Source of the DNA: Marsupella aquatica
Taxonomy: Eukaryota > Plantae > Marchantiophyta
Assembly (NCBI GenBank): GCA_973895155.1
Contig: OZ316895.1
Span: 20,660,803 to 20,724,802, forward strand
Direction of reading: 5' to 3'
DNA length: 64,000 nucleotides
Shown here: piece by piece, positions 21,779-33,446 of the stretch
Position numbering within the stretch: position 1 is the stretch's first letter
Layout of the letters: each line of letters opens with the position of its first letter
Position numbers and translations under genes: made by a program
The notes under the pieces: model-generated
Database searches by the model: none
The model's input: only the letters and a program-made list of their open reading frames with translations
What the model was told of the DNA's origin: nothing

Positions 21779-24700
21779 TCGGCTGCTGCTTCACTGTGCC
21801 TGAGACGGCATCTTGATGCTGCTTCCACTGTTCCTGATGAGACTGCATCTTGATTGAATGCCCCTCCCGGCAGCAGCTGCTTCTGCTGCATTTCATTCAT
21901 TTCTGGATTGCGGGCTCCACCCCTCTCGTTCATGCATGCAAGCACTGCTCTGGAACAATACTGTTCTACTGTCTTGCTGGGCTGGCTCACTGGCTGTACC
22001 ACCACGTCGAGTCGGTCGAGAATCGAGATGATCTCTCTTGTCTCTCTCTCTCTCTCTCTAAACACACTACAGACGCTCCCACTACACGGGAGCGACATTT
22101 GAACGAGGAGGGCATTTGTTTCGTTGAGGCACCAGGCAGGAAGCTACTAGTAGCCACTCGAGTATCGTGGGTTCCGCAGTCAGACGATGCAGACAGAGAT
22201 CTGATTTGCTGGTCTTCTGCATCCTGCCTGGCTGCCTTCCTGGTGGCGGTCCTTTCAATCTCATTTGCTGCTCATCGCCTGCCTGTCTTCTGTTTCCTTC
22301 CTTCCCTTTCAGCTGATTTGCTGCTCTTCCTCTGGAGTCTGCAATCTTCCAGGCTTCCAGCCTTGCTCCTGTCGTTCCGTTCGATCTGATTCGCTGCTCT
22401 TGGTCTGCAACTAATTACTCTTCCTTTCTTCCTTCTGCTCTCAGTCCGCCCGCGGTCAATCTCCAAGGTCAACAACTCCAACGCACACTTCTCGCCCTCA
22501 CCGAACTGCGGCTTCCTTGGATTTCGAGGACGCTTGTTACGCTGATTCGCTGCACACTGATAAAACAAACGACGCATTTCCAGCAGATCGATTCCCAAAC
22601 AAGAAACGAAGCAATAGTAATGCAATGAATACTCCCTCTCTTCCAGTCATGAAAAGGGGGTCTCAAACCTTGGAGTTGTAAAAAAAAAAAAACTATCAAT
22701 TTTGGTCACGGTTCAGCAATGTGCGGATACAGATTTTTGTGTCCGCCACATTTTTCCGTCACATTTTTCCCGTGAATCCATTGCTGACCGCGATGGGAGG
22801 ATGCAACGTCTGAGACATCCTAATGGAGCCAACCAGCCTAATTTTTAAGGTTTTTTCTTTTTAGCTAGTGCCACTAGTGTGAACTTGTGTGAAGGACACG
22901 ATGCTAGGAATATTGCTTATATAATATTTCAATTTCTGACAGTCAGATCTCCCTAGATTTAAGGTATTCCTAGATTTAAGGATGAGGTTTACATTCTGGC
23001 TAATGAGGTCTTAGCTAGGGTGGGAACTGGCTAATAGACTACAGAAAATCTGGCAACGTTTAGTCAACCGTGGCAAATAATCTATAGAAAGGTGGAATGT
23101 AACAAAATTTAGCACTAAAAGGACACTGAAGCCAATCTTCTCCTTTCCAAAGTTATTATGATGAGTTTTAACAAAGAATTAAAATATGGGAGGTTGTCAA
23201 ACGAGAAACGAACACAAGCAAATAAACGTTTTTGATAGCAGATAATGCTTCAACAGTATATGTTATGCTCCTTAAAGAGCCAAAAGTACAATTATAAAAT
23301 TAGATAGTGCCACGCTTGTTTCTAATTTATGTTATGTTCATGTATGATATTGTTTTACTTCCAAAAGCTCTAAGCAACACTGTTCTAAAAGGTGTGAACA
23401 TCACTACAGTATTGCAATGACATGATTATCTATAACACAGTGCCAAAGAACAAAATTGTCAAACAGGGAGACACGATCCCAAAAGCAGAAGACCTGATTA
23501 TTATTACATACATGCTCTCTCACATTACTGTTAATATCCATAATATTGGTATAACACCAATAACGGCACACATAAAGATAGCCATAGAAATGGATAATTT
23601 ATGTCGTAGGTTGGGTAAGCCAACTATTAGCACGAGTGTGCCATTTAGGGTTAGTGGTTCTTTCAAAAGGAACATTATTAATATTATTTCAAAAGGATTA
23701 TTATTATTATTATTATTGGGATGGGGTCATGGGGTGGAAATCAAGCATGAGGAAAACGGCCGCTCAAAAGGGAGTATTCATTATTGCACACAAAATCAAG
23801 ATGCCCATGGCAAGATAATCCTTTCAACAATTGCAATTTTAAATCTCGACAAGCACTTTTCTGCAAACACACCAAGTGTTACCAAAAGGACTTCCAGAGG
23901 ATACGACAAAGATACAAGTTTAGTTATGATTCCCAAACAGTTGATTCTCAGCATTTTGCAGAAGTGGGGACCACATGAAACTTATTTGTGAAGCATATTC
24001 AGTTCAATTATTCTTGAATATGTTGAAAATTGAATTCCAACCTCTCTCACAGTAAGGAATAAGGGTCCCATCCTTAGTCTCATCAGGTACTTTAGATTTC
24101 TATCTATTTATTTTTTGCACTCCATATATCTAAGTGACAGTTACCATAGTTCTACAAGGTCACCACCACAGCCACTTCCAACATATCTGGCAGCTTAGAA
24201 TTCTTTTGCAAATCCTTACAACGTAGCATTCCATCCCTGATTCCATCCTTTAGATCCAACCCAACGCTTGATTCCCATTCCTTTATTATAAGGATACATA
24301 AAAGGTAATATAATAAATACCATAATATATATTTAATAAAAAATAATATAACACAGGCATAACCAAACTAATTGTGTCAAATACATAAAGTGATTTGGTT
24401 GAATCAGAAGATGTAATTATATGGTCTCGAAAGTACTTGTTAAGTTGTTAGTGACCACATTTGATTCCCTCCTGATTAGCCTTCCATCAGTGAGCAATGA
24501 TAGAAGACAAAACACACCTTAGTTGTGCAGTGAAGCTGTGTGTCGATGCAAGTAAGACAAAACACACCTTATTTGTGCTGCTGCTTCAATTAATTTCATC
24601 GCTATGATGAAACTTCCATCATTCGCTAGTGTATGGGTGTGTGCATGGCCCGCTGTAAATAGCATCATGTAAAACAATGTACAGTTGTTTGCATGGCAGC

Positions 24701-25342
24701 AAATCCTGAAAAGGGAGCACGTTTAAGGAGTGTGTCGAAACAAAAGCTCAAGTGTATCTGAAGTTCGAACGAACCTCGCACTCGGACATTCAATTGAAAC
24801 GTGAATCTGTAACGCAGGGCGTCAGAACTCAGAAGATTTACCCGGTGTTCTGAAAGACACAAGGAATCAAAAACGCAGAGAGTTATTTTCAATAATCGTA
24901 CTTTCAATCACGAACAGTGGTTCTAATAATGGCTCGTACTCATTGTACTTGCTTCTCTAATTTCCTCCCGCCTTATAAATTGGCTTGTACTCACGTACTC
25001 AAGGTTAATAATAGCTCCTTTCTACGGTACGTCTGGAACTTTTGAAAGCGTGTGTGCTTTTACTGTACATGGTTTTAAAGTTTCGATGGAGTATCAGAGT
25101 ATCAACTCTCTCCATAGGCTGACATACGTAAGCAGATACTAAGTCGTTGAGTGCAGAACTTTCGCGGGTTCAAGGGATCGGCTGCCTGTGCCCTGTGGAG
25201 CTGACCAGTCGCTCAGGGCCTGCTTGTGCTTCACTGATTTTTTCTGCACCAACGGCAAGTATTTCAGTTTTGCTTTCCCAAAAACGAAGGGAATACATTT
25301 TGAAGGCGGGAAGCTGGTGAATCTTCTAAACGGACTCGAAAG

Positions 25343-26604
25343 CTCTGGTCACGGTCTACATTCAGAAAGGCAGCCCCGAAATCTACGAGTACATCAAATT
25401 CGTGGTGGCACCGATTGGGCGCTTTATTCGTGCAAAACTTGCACCAGGCACTGAAGGTCATGACATTTCCGCCGTTGTTGAAACTACACTCAAAATCTTT
25501 TCAGCAAACGGTAAGCTCCAACTCAGTCGTCCAGGAATTACCACTGTCACCTTCGATTACCTAGGCAGAAATCTCCGCTGCTGTTTTTGTTTTTTGTATA
25601 GGCATCTGGCCTCCAAGTGCACGCAACCACGCCCACCCATTTATCAGGGCCACAACTACCAATTCAACGCCCTAGGGGACGAGGCTCAACATCCAATTGC
25701 ATCAACAAACTCAGCACAACAAAAGGTGCGACTGGACAGCGTGGTTTTTCACGAATACCAGGAAGCGGCTCGCAAGGCAAGGGCGGAAGCAGACTACTGG
25801 CGGGGACAAGCAGAAGAGCAGCAACAACGGGAGGAGGCAGAATTACAACATCTCGCAACCCAAGCCGCTACCCTTGACGCTGAGCAGCCGAATCGAAGTG
25901 TAAACAATCCTGCCTCATCTGTTGCTCCAAGCTCATCACGACATCAACACAATCAATCTGCACGAAGGAGACACCGGAGAACCGTCCCTCGGTCCCCCTA
26001 GCTGCGAAGCAACGACGCTAGCGGCAAAACATCTGGAGCGAGTGACAGTAAGCTTGTTGACCATCCCTCTCGGAGGGGGGACAGTGTGGAATCCAAGCTA
26101 AAACAATCAGTGGTAGCTCCCACTGCACACACTGGTACACACTCTTCTGAACACCTATCCAACTACCATAGGCGACCCCTGCGGAAGGTGTGGGTGGTGA
26201 GACCCACACAGGCTGGTGGTTCCTCTACACCACAAATTGGAGCAGTCCAACTGATCGAAGTGGAGGTGACCTCCTCTGTGACACCTGCAATCCCTCTTGA
26301 GACGGTGGCACCTCCACACCTCCCTACCGGCAGGGAAAATGTAACAATCCGAAAGTGCCCACTTTCAAGGGAATCCTCCGAAACCAACTCCGATTCCTTG
26401 CCTCTCTCAATTGGTGACGCCCAGCCTAGAGCCAAGCGACCTCGCCTGTTGGAGCCCTTACAGCGAGGTATTTATTGCCACAAGATACCCCCGTCACGCG
26501 ATGTGCAAGCTGACAATTCTCACATACAACCTGCGAGGACTGGCCTCCAGGAGACGCAGACTCCGAGCCCGTTTCATCCTGGAGGGGCTACAACACACCC
26601 CTGA
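25343..26604 (+). pseudogene. L1 ORF1 (gag-like), 5'-truncated, one in-frame TAG at 25999-26001
   Basis: CX2CX4HX4C knuckle C-CF-C-FLYR-H-LASK-C, a coiled-coil-like Q/E/A segment and a low-complexity tail. ORFs 25402-26001 and 26086-26604 share one frame, separated by a single stop. Confidence 0.8.
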
Positions 26605-29600
26605 TATAGTATGCATACAGGAGCACAAGCTGCGTGTAGGCAGGATCGACAAACTCCAAGAGGTTTGGCGCTCTGCACACTGGATTTGTGCTCCAGCGGC
26701 GGATGGAGCTCACTCCATTCGGAATGGTGGTGTACATGCTGGATTGGGAGGAATGGCAATTGCCATTACACAAAGCATTCACCAAACTGTGATTTCTGAA
26801 GGTGTTTTGGATTCCGGCCGCGCTGCTTGGTGCTGCATTGCTCACGACGGATTGAGAAGAATGGGCTTCTTGGGAATTTATGCGCCAAATTCAGCCAGAG
26901 AACGGACAGCCCTTTGGAGGGAGATTTTCAATCGGCTGGACCCATCTTTCACCTGGATCTTAATGGGAGATTTCAACAGGATAGAGCACCCTTCGGATCA
27001 TAAGGGGGGATCGGGCACAATCATTGCGGGCTGTGAAGGAAGAGCTTGGCGCCATCTCATGAGGAGGCTTCACCTTATGGACACTTTCCAGGCACAACCT
27101 GGACACCTTCGGTACAGTTGGGATAACAAAAGGAGCTTCCGCCATGCACCTGCTATGCAGGACGCATCTACGTTAGGAGGTCGGGTGCTCCGGAGGCTCG
27201 ATAGAATCTACGCTTCCAAGGGGGCTGTTAAAGATGCTTTTGACATTTCTTCCACCATCATCCCCGGAATCCCCCTATCTGACCATGCTCCGGTCCTGGC
27301 CAGGATTACCCCACTAGTGCCTCTTAAGCGCTACTCCCAGCATCGTATGAACGTCAGTCACCAGACTCGAAGCGATTATCAGGAACGCATTTCCCGCATG
27401 TGGAAACGGGAGGAGGAATTGTGCAACAGGCGAGGGCTCACGGCCTCCAAGACACTAATCCGATGCCTTGCAAAAACACGCAAATTTGACAGGAGTTGGG
27501 GGAAAAGGAAGGCCTTGGAAAGATGCCTGAGGGAGATAACACTTCGTGCCTTGCTTACTCACGCACAACTACAACTTGAACGGGAACCACAAGACACTGC
27601 GCATCAAGCTGCACTACAGGCGGCTAAGGCGTTGTTTCATGAATTCGAAGCAGAGAAGGTCCAATGGATGGATTACATCCTTCAGTCTTGGTGGATTGGA
27701 GAGGGAGACAAATGCTCCCGACTCTTCTTCAGAACATTTAAAGGAATGGCCATGAAAAATGAGATCACTCAATTGTTTACCAAGGAGAATCGTTTAATCA
27801 GCGACTGGGAGGGGATGGCGGCCACAACAACCAATTTTTTCAAAGAAATATTGGACCAATCGGAGGGGGCGCAGTGGGAGCCGATTTCGCGGGTCCTGGA
27901 GCTTCAACACAAACGCATCACCACGGAGGAGCAGGATTCAATAAATGAGCCATTAACGTTGGATGAGCTTAGCAGGGCAGCAGTTGCTTTGGCAAGCCAT
28001 AAATGCCCCGGTCCGGATGGGGTCCCTGTGGAATTCTTTGTGGCGCAATGGAACACGGTGGGACGCTCCCTTCTCAATGCGCTTAATCAAGGTCTGGCCG
28101 AGGGGTACTTTTCCTTTGAATACACTCGAGGTTTCATTGTCCTTCTCCGCAAGAAAGATGACCAGCGCTACTTAACCAACAAACGACCCATTACCCTGCT
28201 AAATGTGGTTCACAAGATCGGGGCGAAAGCTTTCCAACTGAGATTGATCCCAGTCCTGCAGAGATTCATTTCGCCCCAACAATTTGCTTTTCTACCAGGT
28301 CAAAACATACACCACTCTTTGATGCTGCTCAATGAAATGTTACATCACGCTAAAACATCCGGATTGGACTACATTCTGATGAAATTGGATGTCGCCAAGG
28401 CGTTCGACAAACTTGAATGGCCCTTTTTGATGTCCATAATGGAGAAAGCTGGTTTTGATGGACTCCTTATGGATTTCCTGAGAGCCACTCATGCATCGGC
28501 ATCCTCTGCTATACTCCTCAACGGCCGTATGGCGGCACCCTTTGGTCTTGCCAGATCGGTTAGACAAGGCTGCCCTCTGTCTCCTCTTCTATTCCTTATC
28601 GCTATCGATGCTCTCAATTGGATGATCAATTGGGCAGTAGACAGGGGCACTATCCAAGGCGTCAACATCCAAACCGTAGCAGTACATAATGTACACAATC
28701 TTTACGCAGACGACCTCGCCATGCTGATCAGAGCTTACATGGAAAATGTGGAAAGCTGCAAGCGACTCCTTCAACTTTTTGGGGTGGCATCTGGGCTGGT
28801 GTGTGTATGGGAGAAAACAAAGGCAGCGTTCATTTCTCCTCGCAGAATACCCATTGAATTTAGGAGACTCCCTTGGCAGTGGGAAGACGATGCCACAGCC
28901 ACGAAGCTATTAGGCATTCTGATTACTCAGAACATCTCTGAAGTCCAAATGGTCTCCTCCTTGACCGAAAAGCTTGAATCCAGATTAGACAGGGTCCGGA
29001 AGAGCTCGGGGTTGCTCATCGCCCGGGTCACAGTGGCAAATCACCTCGTCATGAGCACCTTGTGGTTTATGTTGACTATTTGGGCTGGCCAACATAGTAC
29101 CCTGGTTGCACTTCAACGAAAGATCACAACATTCGTATGGGCAGGGCAGAATACTAGAGCTCGATCGAGGGTCAATTTCGCCACAATCACAAGGCCAAAA
29201 GGCCAAGGGGGCCTTGGACTCATTTCAGTTGTAGCACAATTCAGAGCATTGGCCGGGAACTTCATTATTTGGGCACTGTCCGGAGCAGATCACCCCCTAC
29301 GTCGAATTCTCCAGCATGAGATCAAGCAGCTTTCTAAGCGGAAATGGGGAGTGGAAGATTATACCTGGGTCTTTTCGCAGTGCCACACTCTTCCACTGAA
29401 TGGGTCCAAAGTGTGGACCAATGTATGCACAGGGTGGAACGTCATCAAGAAAAATCTGAGAGCTACATCTCCTGCGCATCTGGAAGGATGGAGTGACCTT
29501 CCCCTTTGGCAACCGCACATTAACCACATCCACGCAAATCAAGCCAAATGTCGGAGCAATCCACAGAGGAAAATCAGGAGGGCTGGCTTTGTTGTCATGA

Positions 29601-30793
29601 GAGACGTCTTGGATGGGAGGGGGCAATTCATCAACTGGGAGGATGGACCTAACGCTATGCTTCCCCCAAATTGCTCCTCTGCGTATCGTAAGTTAATTGC
29701 TAACCTTCGTACTATGCCTGAGCTACACAGGAATCCTGGGGAACTTGTCCCTCTCTTCATGGAGGCCCGACTGCCATGTGGGACTCTTTACATCTGGGAA
29801 TACCAGGTACCCAGACACCGCATTACGTCCCAATGGCAGTGGTTCAATGACATTGCTCACCCCAGACGTACCTTTAGGGTGGTCAATGACACTCTTCGCA
29901 AATTGGATACCATTGCTCCTCCGACAGATGTCATCTTGCACCGGGTGTTGACCAAGAACGGCAACCGAGCTTCCAACCACATGCACCGCGTTGGAAGGCC
30001 CCATGGATTGTTGGCACCTCTGTTGCAGCACGAATGGAAGGATGGACTCTCCTTTCTAGAAACTAACACCGCCCACTTACGTGAAATTCAGGCGCCACTC
30101 AATGGAACACTCCACAAAGCGATTCACAAATGGGCCATCAGATTGAATTGGCAGCCCCACCCACAGACGCTCTGGGCTGATACATGGCTACCTTTCCGAG
30201 CTGCTACCGAGAATTGCTACTTGTGGCAACTGATTTACAGGATACCTGCAACACAGCACTGGAGGTTCCCGAGACTACCATCAACCAATCCGGCCACCTG
30301 GTGCACTCGGTGTGGCACTAACCAACAGGAAGATATCGTTCACTGCATTTGGAGCTGCAATCAGTCACAGATAGTCTGGAGGTGGGTTCATTTTGTGCTA
30401 CAGCTATGTGCCTGTTCTAGGGGAAATCTTATTCACCTACAGCCAGTCCACATTTTTGTTGGGGAGCCCCTACCAGAGCATTGGGACGTCCCCATGAAGC
30501 TGTGGCATACCTTAAGGGCTATTATCTGCTGGAACTTGTGGAAGGACAGAAGTACCCAGTTCATTGAACACACCCGACCCCACCCACAAGGAGTTATCAG
30601 AAAATCTTGGCATCGACTCGGAATCTACATACGTCGTGATTGGGGCCGGATTAAGGTTCGTATCCAGGTTGGAAAGATCACTTCAAGGGAGGCGCACAAC
30701 AAGATGGCGTTTCACTATGGCACCTGGGCTGGCCTTTGGGAACTCCATGAGGAATCCCTTCAAGTCCCACCAGTACCTCCACGACCACCATGA
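26501..30793 (+). CDS. L1 ORF2: APE endonuclease, reverse transcriptase, zf-RVT (~1430 aa, uninterrupted)
   Basis: TYNLRGL, CIQEHK, GIYAPN, MGDFN, RLDRIY, SDHAPV (APE); KCPGPDG, RPITLLN, KLDVAKAFD, VRQGCPLSPLLF, LYADD (RT); CTRC...EDIVHCIWSC, WNLWKDR (C-terminal). Confidence 0.96.
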   Translation: MCKLTILTYNLRGLASRRRRLRARFILEGLQHTPDIVCIQEHKLRVGRIDKLQEVWRSAHWICAPAADGAHSIRNGGVHAGLGGMAIAITQSIHQTVISEGVLDSGRAAWCCIAHDGLRRMGFLGIYAPNSARERTALWREIFNRLDPSFTWILMGDFNRIEHPSDHKGGSGTIIAGCEGRAWRHLMRRLHLMDTFQAQPGHLRYSWDNKRSFRHAPAMQDASTLGGRVLRRLDRIYASKGAVKDAFDISSTIIPGIPLSDHAPVLARITPLVPLKRYSQHRMNVSHQTRSDYQERISRMWKREEELCNRRGLTASKTLIRCLAKTRKFDRSWGKRKALERCLREITLRALLTHAQLQLEREPQDTAHQAALQAAKALFHEFEAEKVQWMDYILQSWWIGEGDKCSRLFFRTFKGMAMKNEITQLFTKENRLISDWEGMAATTTNFFKEILDQSEGAQWEPISRVLELQHKRITTEEQDSINEPLTLDELSRAAVALASHKCPGPDGVPVEFFVAQWNTVGRSLLNALNQGLAEGYFSFEYTRGFIVLLRKKDDQRYLTNKRPITLLNVVHKIGAKAFQLRLIPVLQRFISPQQFAFLPGQNIHHSLMLLNEMLHHAKTSGLDYILMKLDVAKAFDKLEWPFLMSIMEKAGFDGLLMDFLRATHASASSAILLNGRMAAPFGLARSVRQGCPLSPLLFLIAIDALNWMINWAVDRGTIQGVNIQTVAVHNVHNLYADDLAMLIRAYMENVESCKRLLQLFGVASGLVCVWEKTKAAFISPRRIPIEFRRLPWQWEDDATATKLLGILITQNISEVQMVSSLTEKLESRLDRVRKSSGLLIARVTVANHLVMSTLWFMLTIWAGQHSTLVALQRKITTFVWAGQNTRARSRVNFATITRPKGQGGLGLISVVAQFRALAGNFIIWALSGADHPLRRILQHEIKQLSKRKWGVEDYTWVFSQCHTLPLNGSKVWTNVCTGWNVIKKNLRATSPAHLEGWSDLPLWQPHINHIHANQAKCRSNPQRKIRRAGFVVMRDVLDGRGQFINWEDGPNAMLPPNCSSAYRKLIANLRTMPELHRNPGELVPLFMEARLPCGTLYIWEYQVPRHRITSQWQWFNDIAHPRRTFRVVNDTLRKLDTIAPPTDVILHRVLTKNGNRASNHMHRVGRPHGLLAPLLQHEWKDGLSFLETNTAHLREIQAPLNGTLHKAIHKWAIRLNWQPHPQTLWADTWLPFRAATENCYLWQLIYRIPATQHWRFPRLPSTNPATWCTRCGTNQQEDIVHCIWSCNQSQIVWRWVHFVLQLCACSRGNLIHLQPVHIFVGEPLPEHWDVPMKLWHTLRAIICWNLWKDRSTQFIEHTRPHPQGVIRKSWHRLGIYIRRDWGRIKVRIQVGKITSREAHNKMAFHYGTWAGLWELHEESLQVPPVPPRPP

Positions 30794-31113
30794 GTCACTT
30801 TGGTTGTTCAGGTTAGGAAGTTGCACTACAGACTGACTGTTTGGAGCTCTGCTCCCGCACGGATCCACTGGCAGGAACCCCGCCGGAACCTGGTCACTGG
30901 CCGGTCTTTAGGAGTGTGCTGCTCCGACTGTAGTTTCTAAATTACTTGTTTAGTTGCCCCTTATGGGCTCAGCTTTCTCCCTGGTCCCGGCCCCACCGGT
31001 TTCTGCACGCTGACCTCCGGTCCCTTGGGTTGGTGCCCTTTGTGGGCCCCCCCTTTTTGTATGTTGGCTATTTGAATGGAATTCATTTGGTTCTTTCGAG
31101 GCAAAAAAGAAAG

Positions 31114-31215
31114 AAAGTTTATGAGGAGAGCACAAGACTACAGTAGCTGTTGAATCTTCTAAATGGACTCGAAAGTTTGTGAGGAGAGCACTAGACTACA
31201 GTAGCTGGTGAAGAC
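31114..31215. repeat. ~58-bp tandem repeat (L1 target site)
   Basis: aaagttt.tgaggagagcac.agactacagtagctg occurs twice; part of the unit also lies 5' of the L1. Confidence 0.8.
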
Positions 31216-31798
31216 TTGGATCTGAGGATCTGCTTACAATAGCATCTCCAGTATGGGTCCTTTTGGGCCCACAAGTGCTACCCTGTCTCATAGCGGCTTA
31301 TATTTGGAGTCATTGTAGCGTGCTAGGAACAGTAAAAAACTTCTCGCACTCACAATTATTTACTTGCATGACCTCTAATTTTATATATCCAACTGCCTGG
31401 CTTACGAGAACCTGGTGGGTAACATCCATTTTGGGGACTCCTCTTCCCGCTCCTCTTTTGGCTATTGAATTGGCTAATCATCTGGAGTCTTATAAAAACA
31501 CTAAAAATATGCAAGGCAGCAAAAATCAAAAGAAATTTTAAAGCATTATAGTGACTCACTAACAACACTTTCTCACTATCAAAATTCTTGTTTGCTTGCA
31601 TTATAGGATAGCTCATATATTTGGAGAGGATACATCCCTCGTGTGTGTCCATCTGTAACTTTTTGTAGCACCTGCAATATTCACTGCCTCCTGACCTCAT
31701 TTCCTGGCGAGAAGGCGGTTGGGGGGGGGGGGTGCAATACTCCTGGACCAACCTGCATGTGAAACTACAATAGTCCAAACACAACACGACAACAACAA

Positions 31799-31975
31799 GA
31801 GATATGCTTAGTAGACCCCCTTCTGGAAAAATTTTGCTTAATCAACCCCCTCCATACTTTTCCCCAATCTGGACCGTTGATGGACCTTTCAATCTCAGAT
31901 CTGGACAGTTGATAGACCTCAGGGGGTTGATCAAGTAACAAGTTTCATTTTGCGGGTTGATCAAGCAAATACCTC
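31799..31975. mobile_element. Mutator-like MITE with near-perfect 9-bp TSD
   Basis: TIRs gagatatgcttagtagacccc / gggttgatcaagcaaatacctc; flanks caacaacaa (31790-31798) and cgacaacaa (31976-31984). A related left end sits at ~8546-8600. Confidence 0.65.
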
Positions 31976-32121
31976 CGACAACAACTGTTCACTGTTCAGG
32001 CTCGGCCAGAAAGCAGTAGATTGACTAAGTATGTGACAAGCTTGACCTTGCATGTGTTGGCCAACTGTACACAGGTAAACTCACAGGAGGGTCAAGGAGT
32101 GGAGGTCGATTTCCTGCATGA

Positions 32122-32284
32122 CTGGTGGGCTTTGGCGAGTTTTGCACATGCTGACATATTGGGGTTGTCGTGACATATAGTATTGTAGCCATAGTATATT
32201 GAAAACGTATAAGTCACCAACAATGCATATGTGTAAGCTGCTAGCAACCAACATGCAAAAGGAAAACTCGCCAAAGCCCACCAG
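32122..32284. other. Fold-back hairpin with perfect 22-bp basal stem
   Basis: CTGGTGGGCTTTGGCGAGTTTT (32122-32143) is the exact reverse complement of AAAACTCGCCAAAGCCCACCAG (32263-32284); additional imperfect inner pairing. Confidence 0.8.
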
Positions 32285-33446
32285 AAAGCATTTACAAGTA
32301 ACAAAGAAAAAGCAAATGATGTGGTATGTACGTAGTGGAAGTGTAAAGGTCTGTATATAAAAGGCATAATAGAAACAAAGTACCAAAATTGAACTGAAAA
32401 CCGGCGGGATGCCAATATCTGTTGGGAGCATCTAACGTATCACTATCTAGATCTTGTGTACAGAATTGACGAGCATTGTCTGAAAAAAGTTATGTCTCCA
32501 ACAACGATTAAAGAAGAATTGAAAACGACAAAGAGAAACATGCCCTAAGCAAGCCAAGTCCAGACAGTCTCCCAACAAGCGTGTTTGCTTCACAAACAGC
32601 TCAAGCTTGCTTCAAGAACATGTGTAACCTAACTCAAGTACTGGCCCTAACTACATACCTAGCGGGCATGCAAGGGACATGCCGATGTACATAAGAGACA
32701 CTGTCCCTCGGCATGATAGGGTCCCATGTGTGGCCACGAACATGGCTGTCTAGTGGTTCGCAGCCGATAGAGCTCTGGAGATGCCCTTAGAGGCCAATAC
32801 ATATTGCCACTAGCTCATTACCCATGCGTTGCACAAAAGATGGTGTGAACCCAAACCCCCAAATCCGACCTCCAGTCCTAAAATCATGCATCTGTACTTT
32901 CAAAGCAGTCACCATTGTACGCAAAGGGGGTGGAGCTAAGGAAGCACCGGTGATGATGCACTTCTAAAGTGACTACACTTACTGTCCCTGACTGTAACTC
33001 AACTGAAGAGTGCAACCTCACCATGAGTGTTTGGATTCATCCTAGGGTAGACCTGGCTTAGGTCTTCCACCCCAATTCCAAGAAACCTGTCTTTTGGACT
33101 AGATTTGGGTTTCCTCTCTTCTCTCCTCAACATTTGTTATTATACCATACTTTTTCTAAAAAAAAGGTGGCGGTCAGGAAATGGTAGTCAGGATTTACTT
33201 GCACATTTGCCAATATTTTTTATGAGTGAAATGTGACAAAATATAACAAGACAATAGTCTTTGGAAATTTGTAGGTCTCTCAATTCAAGTTGAAATTTGA
33301 CAAGATTAGGCACTTTGGAAAGATATTCCCAAACTGTTCTGATAAACCCTCAAACATCATATAACATTTGAAAATATAGGGAGATACTAATGGGTATCAG
33401 AGAAGATGCTGAAGGTCAAACTATGATTTGGTAAATAATGAGAAGG

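Larger units (their letters stand above)
25343..31113 (+). mobile_element. Young L1-clade LINE, truncated within ORF1, intact ORF2
   Basis: ORF1 remnant, overlapping ORF2, 3' UTR and an A-rich tail (caaaaaagaaagaaag, ~31102-31117). It is inserted into a ~58-bp local repeat whose halves flank it (gctggtgaatcttctaaacggactcgaaag at 25313-25342; aaagtttatgaggagagcac... from 31114). Confidence 0.93.

Noticed and set aside
21766-22625. ORFs in a CT-rich, UTR-like segment
   Set aside because: Low-complexity Leu/Ser bias and no supported downstream CDS; could not be assigned to a gene or TE.
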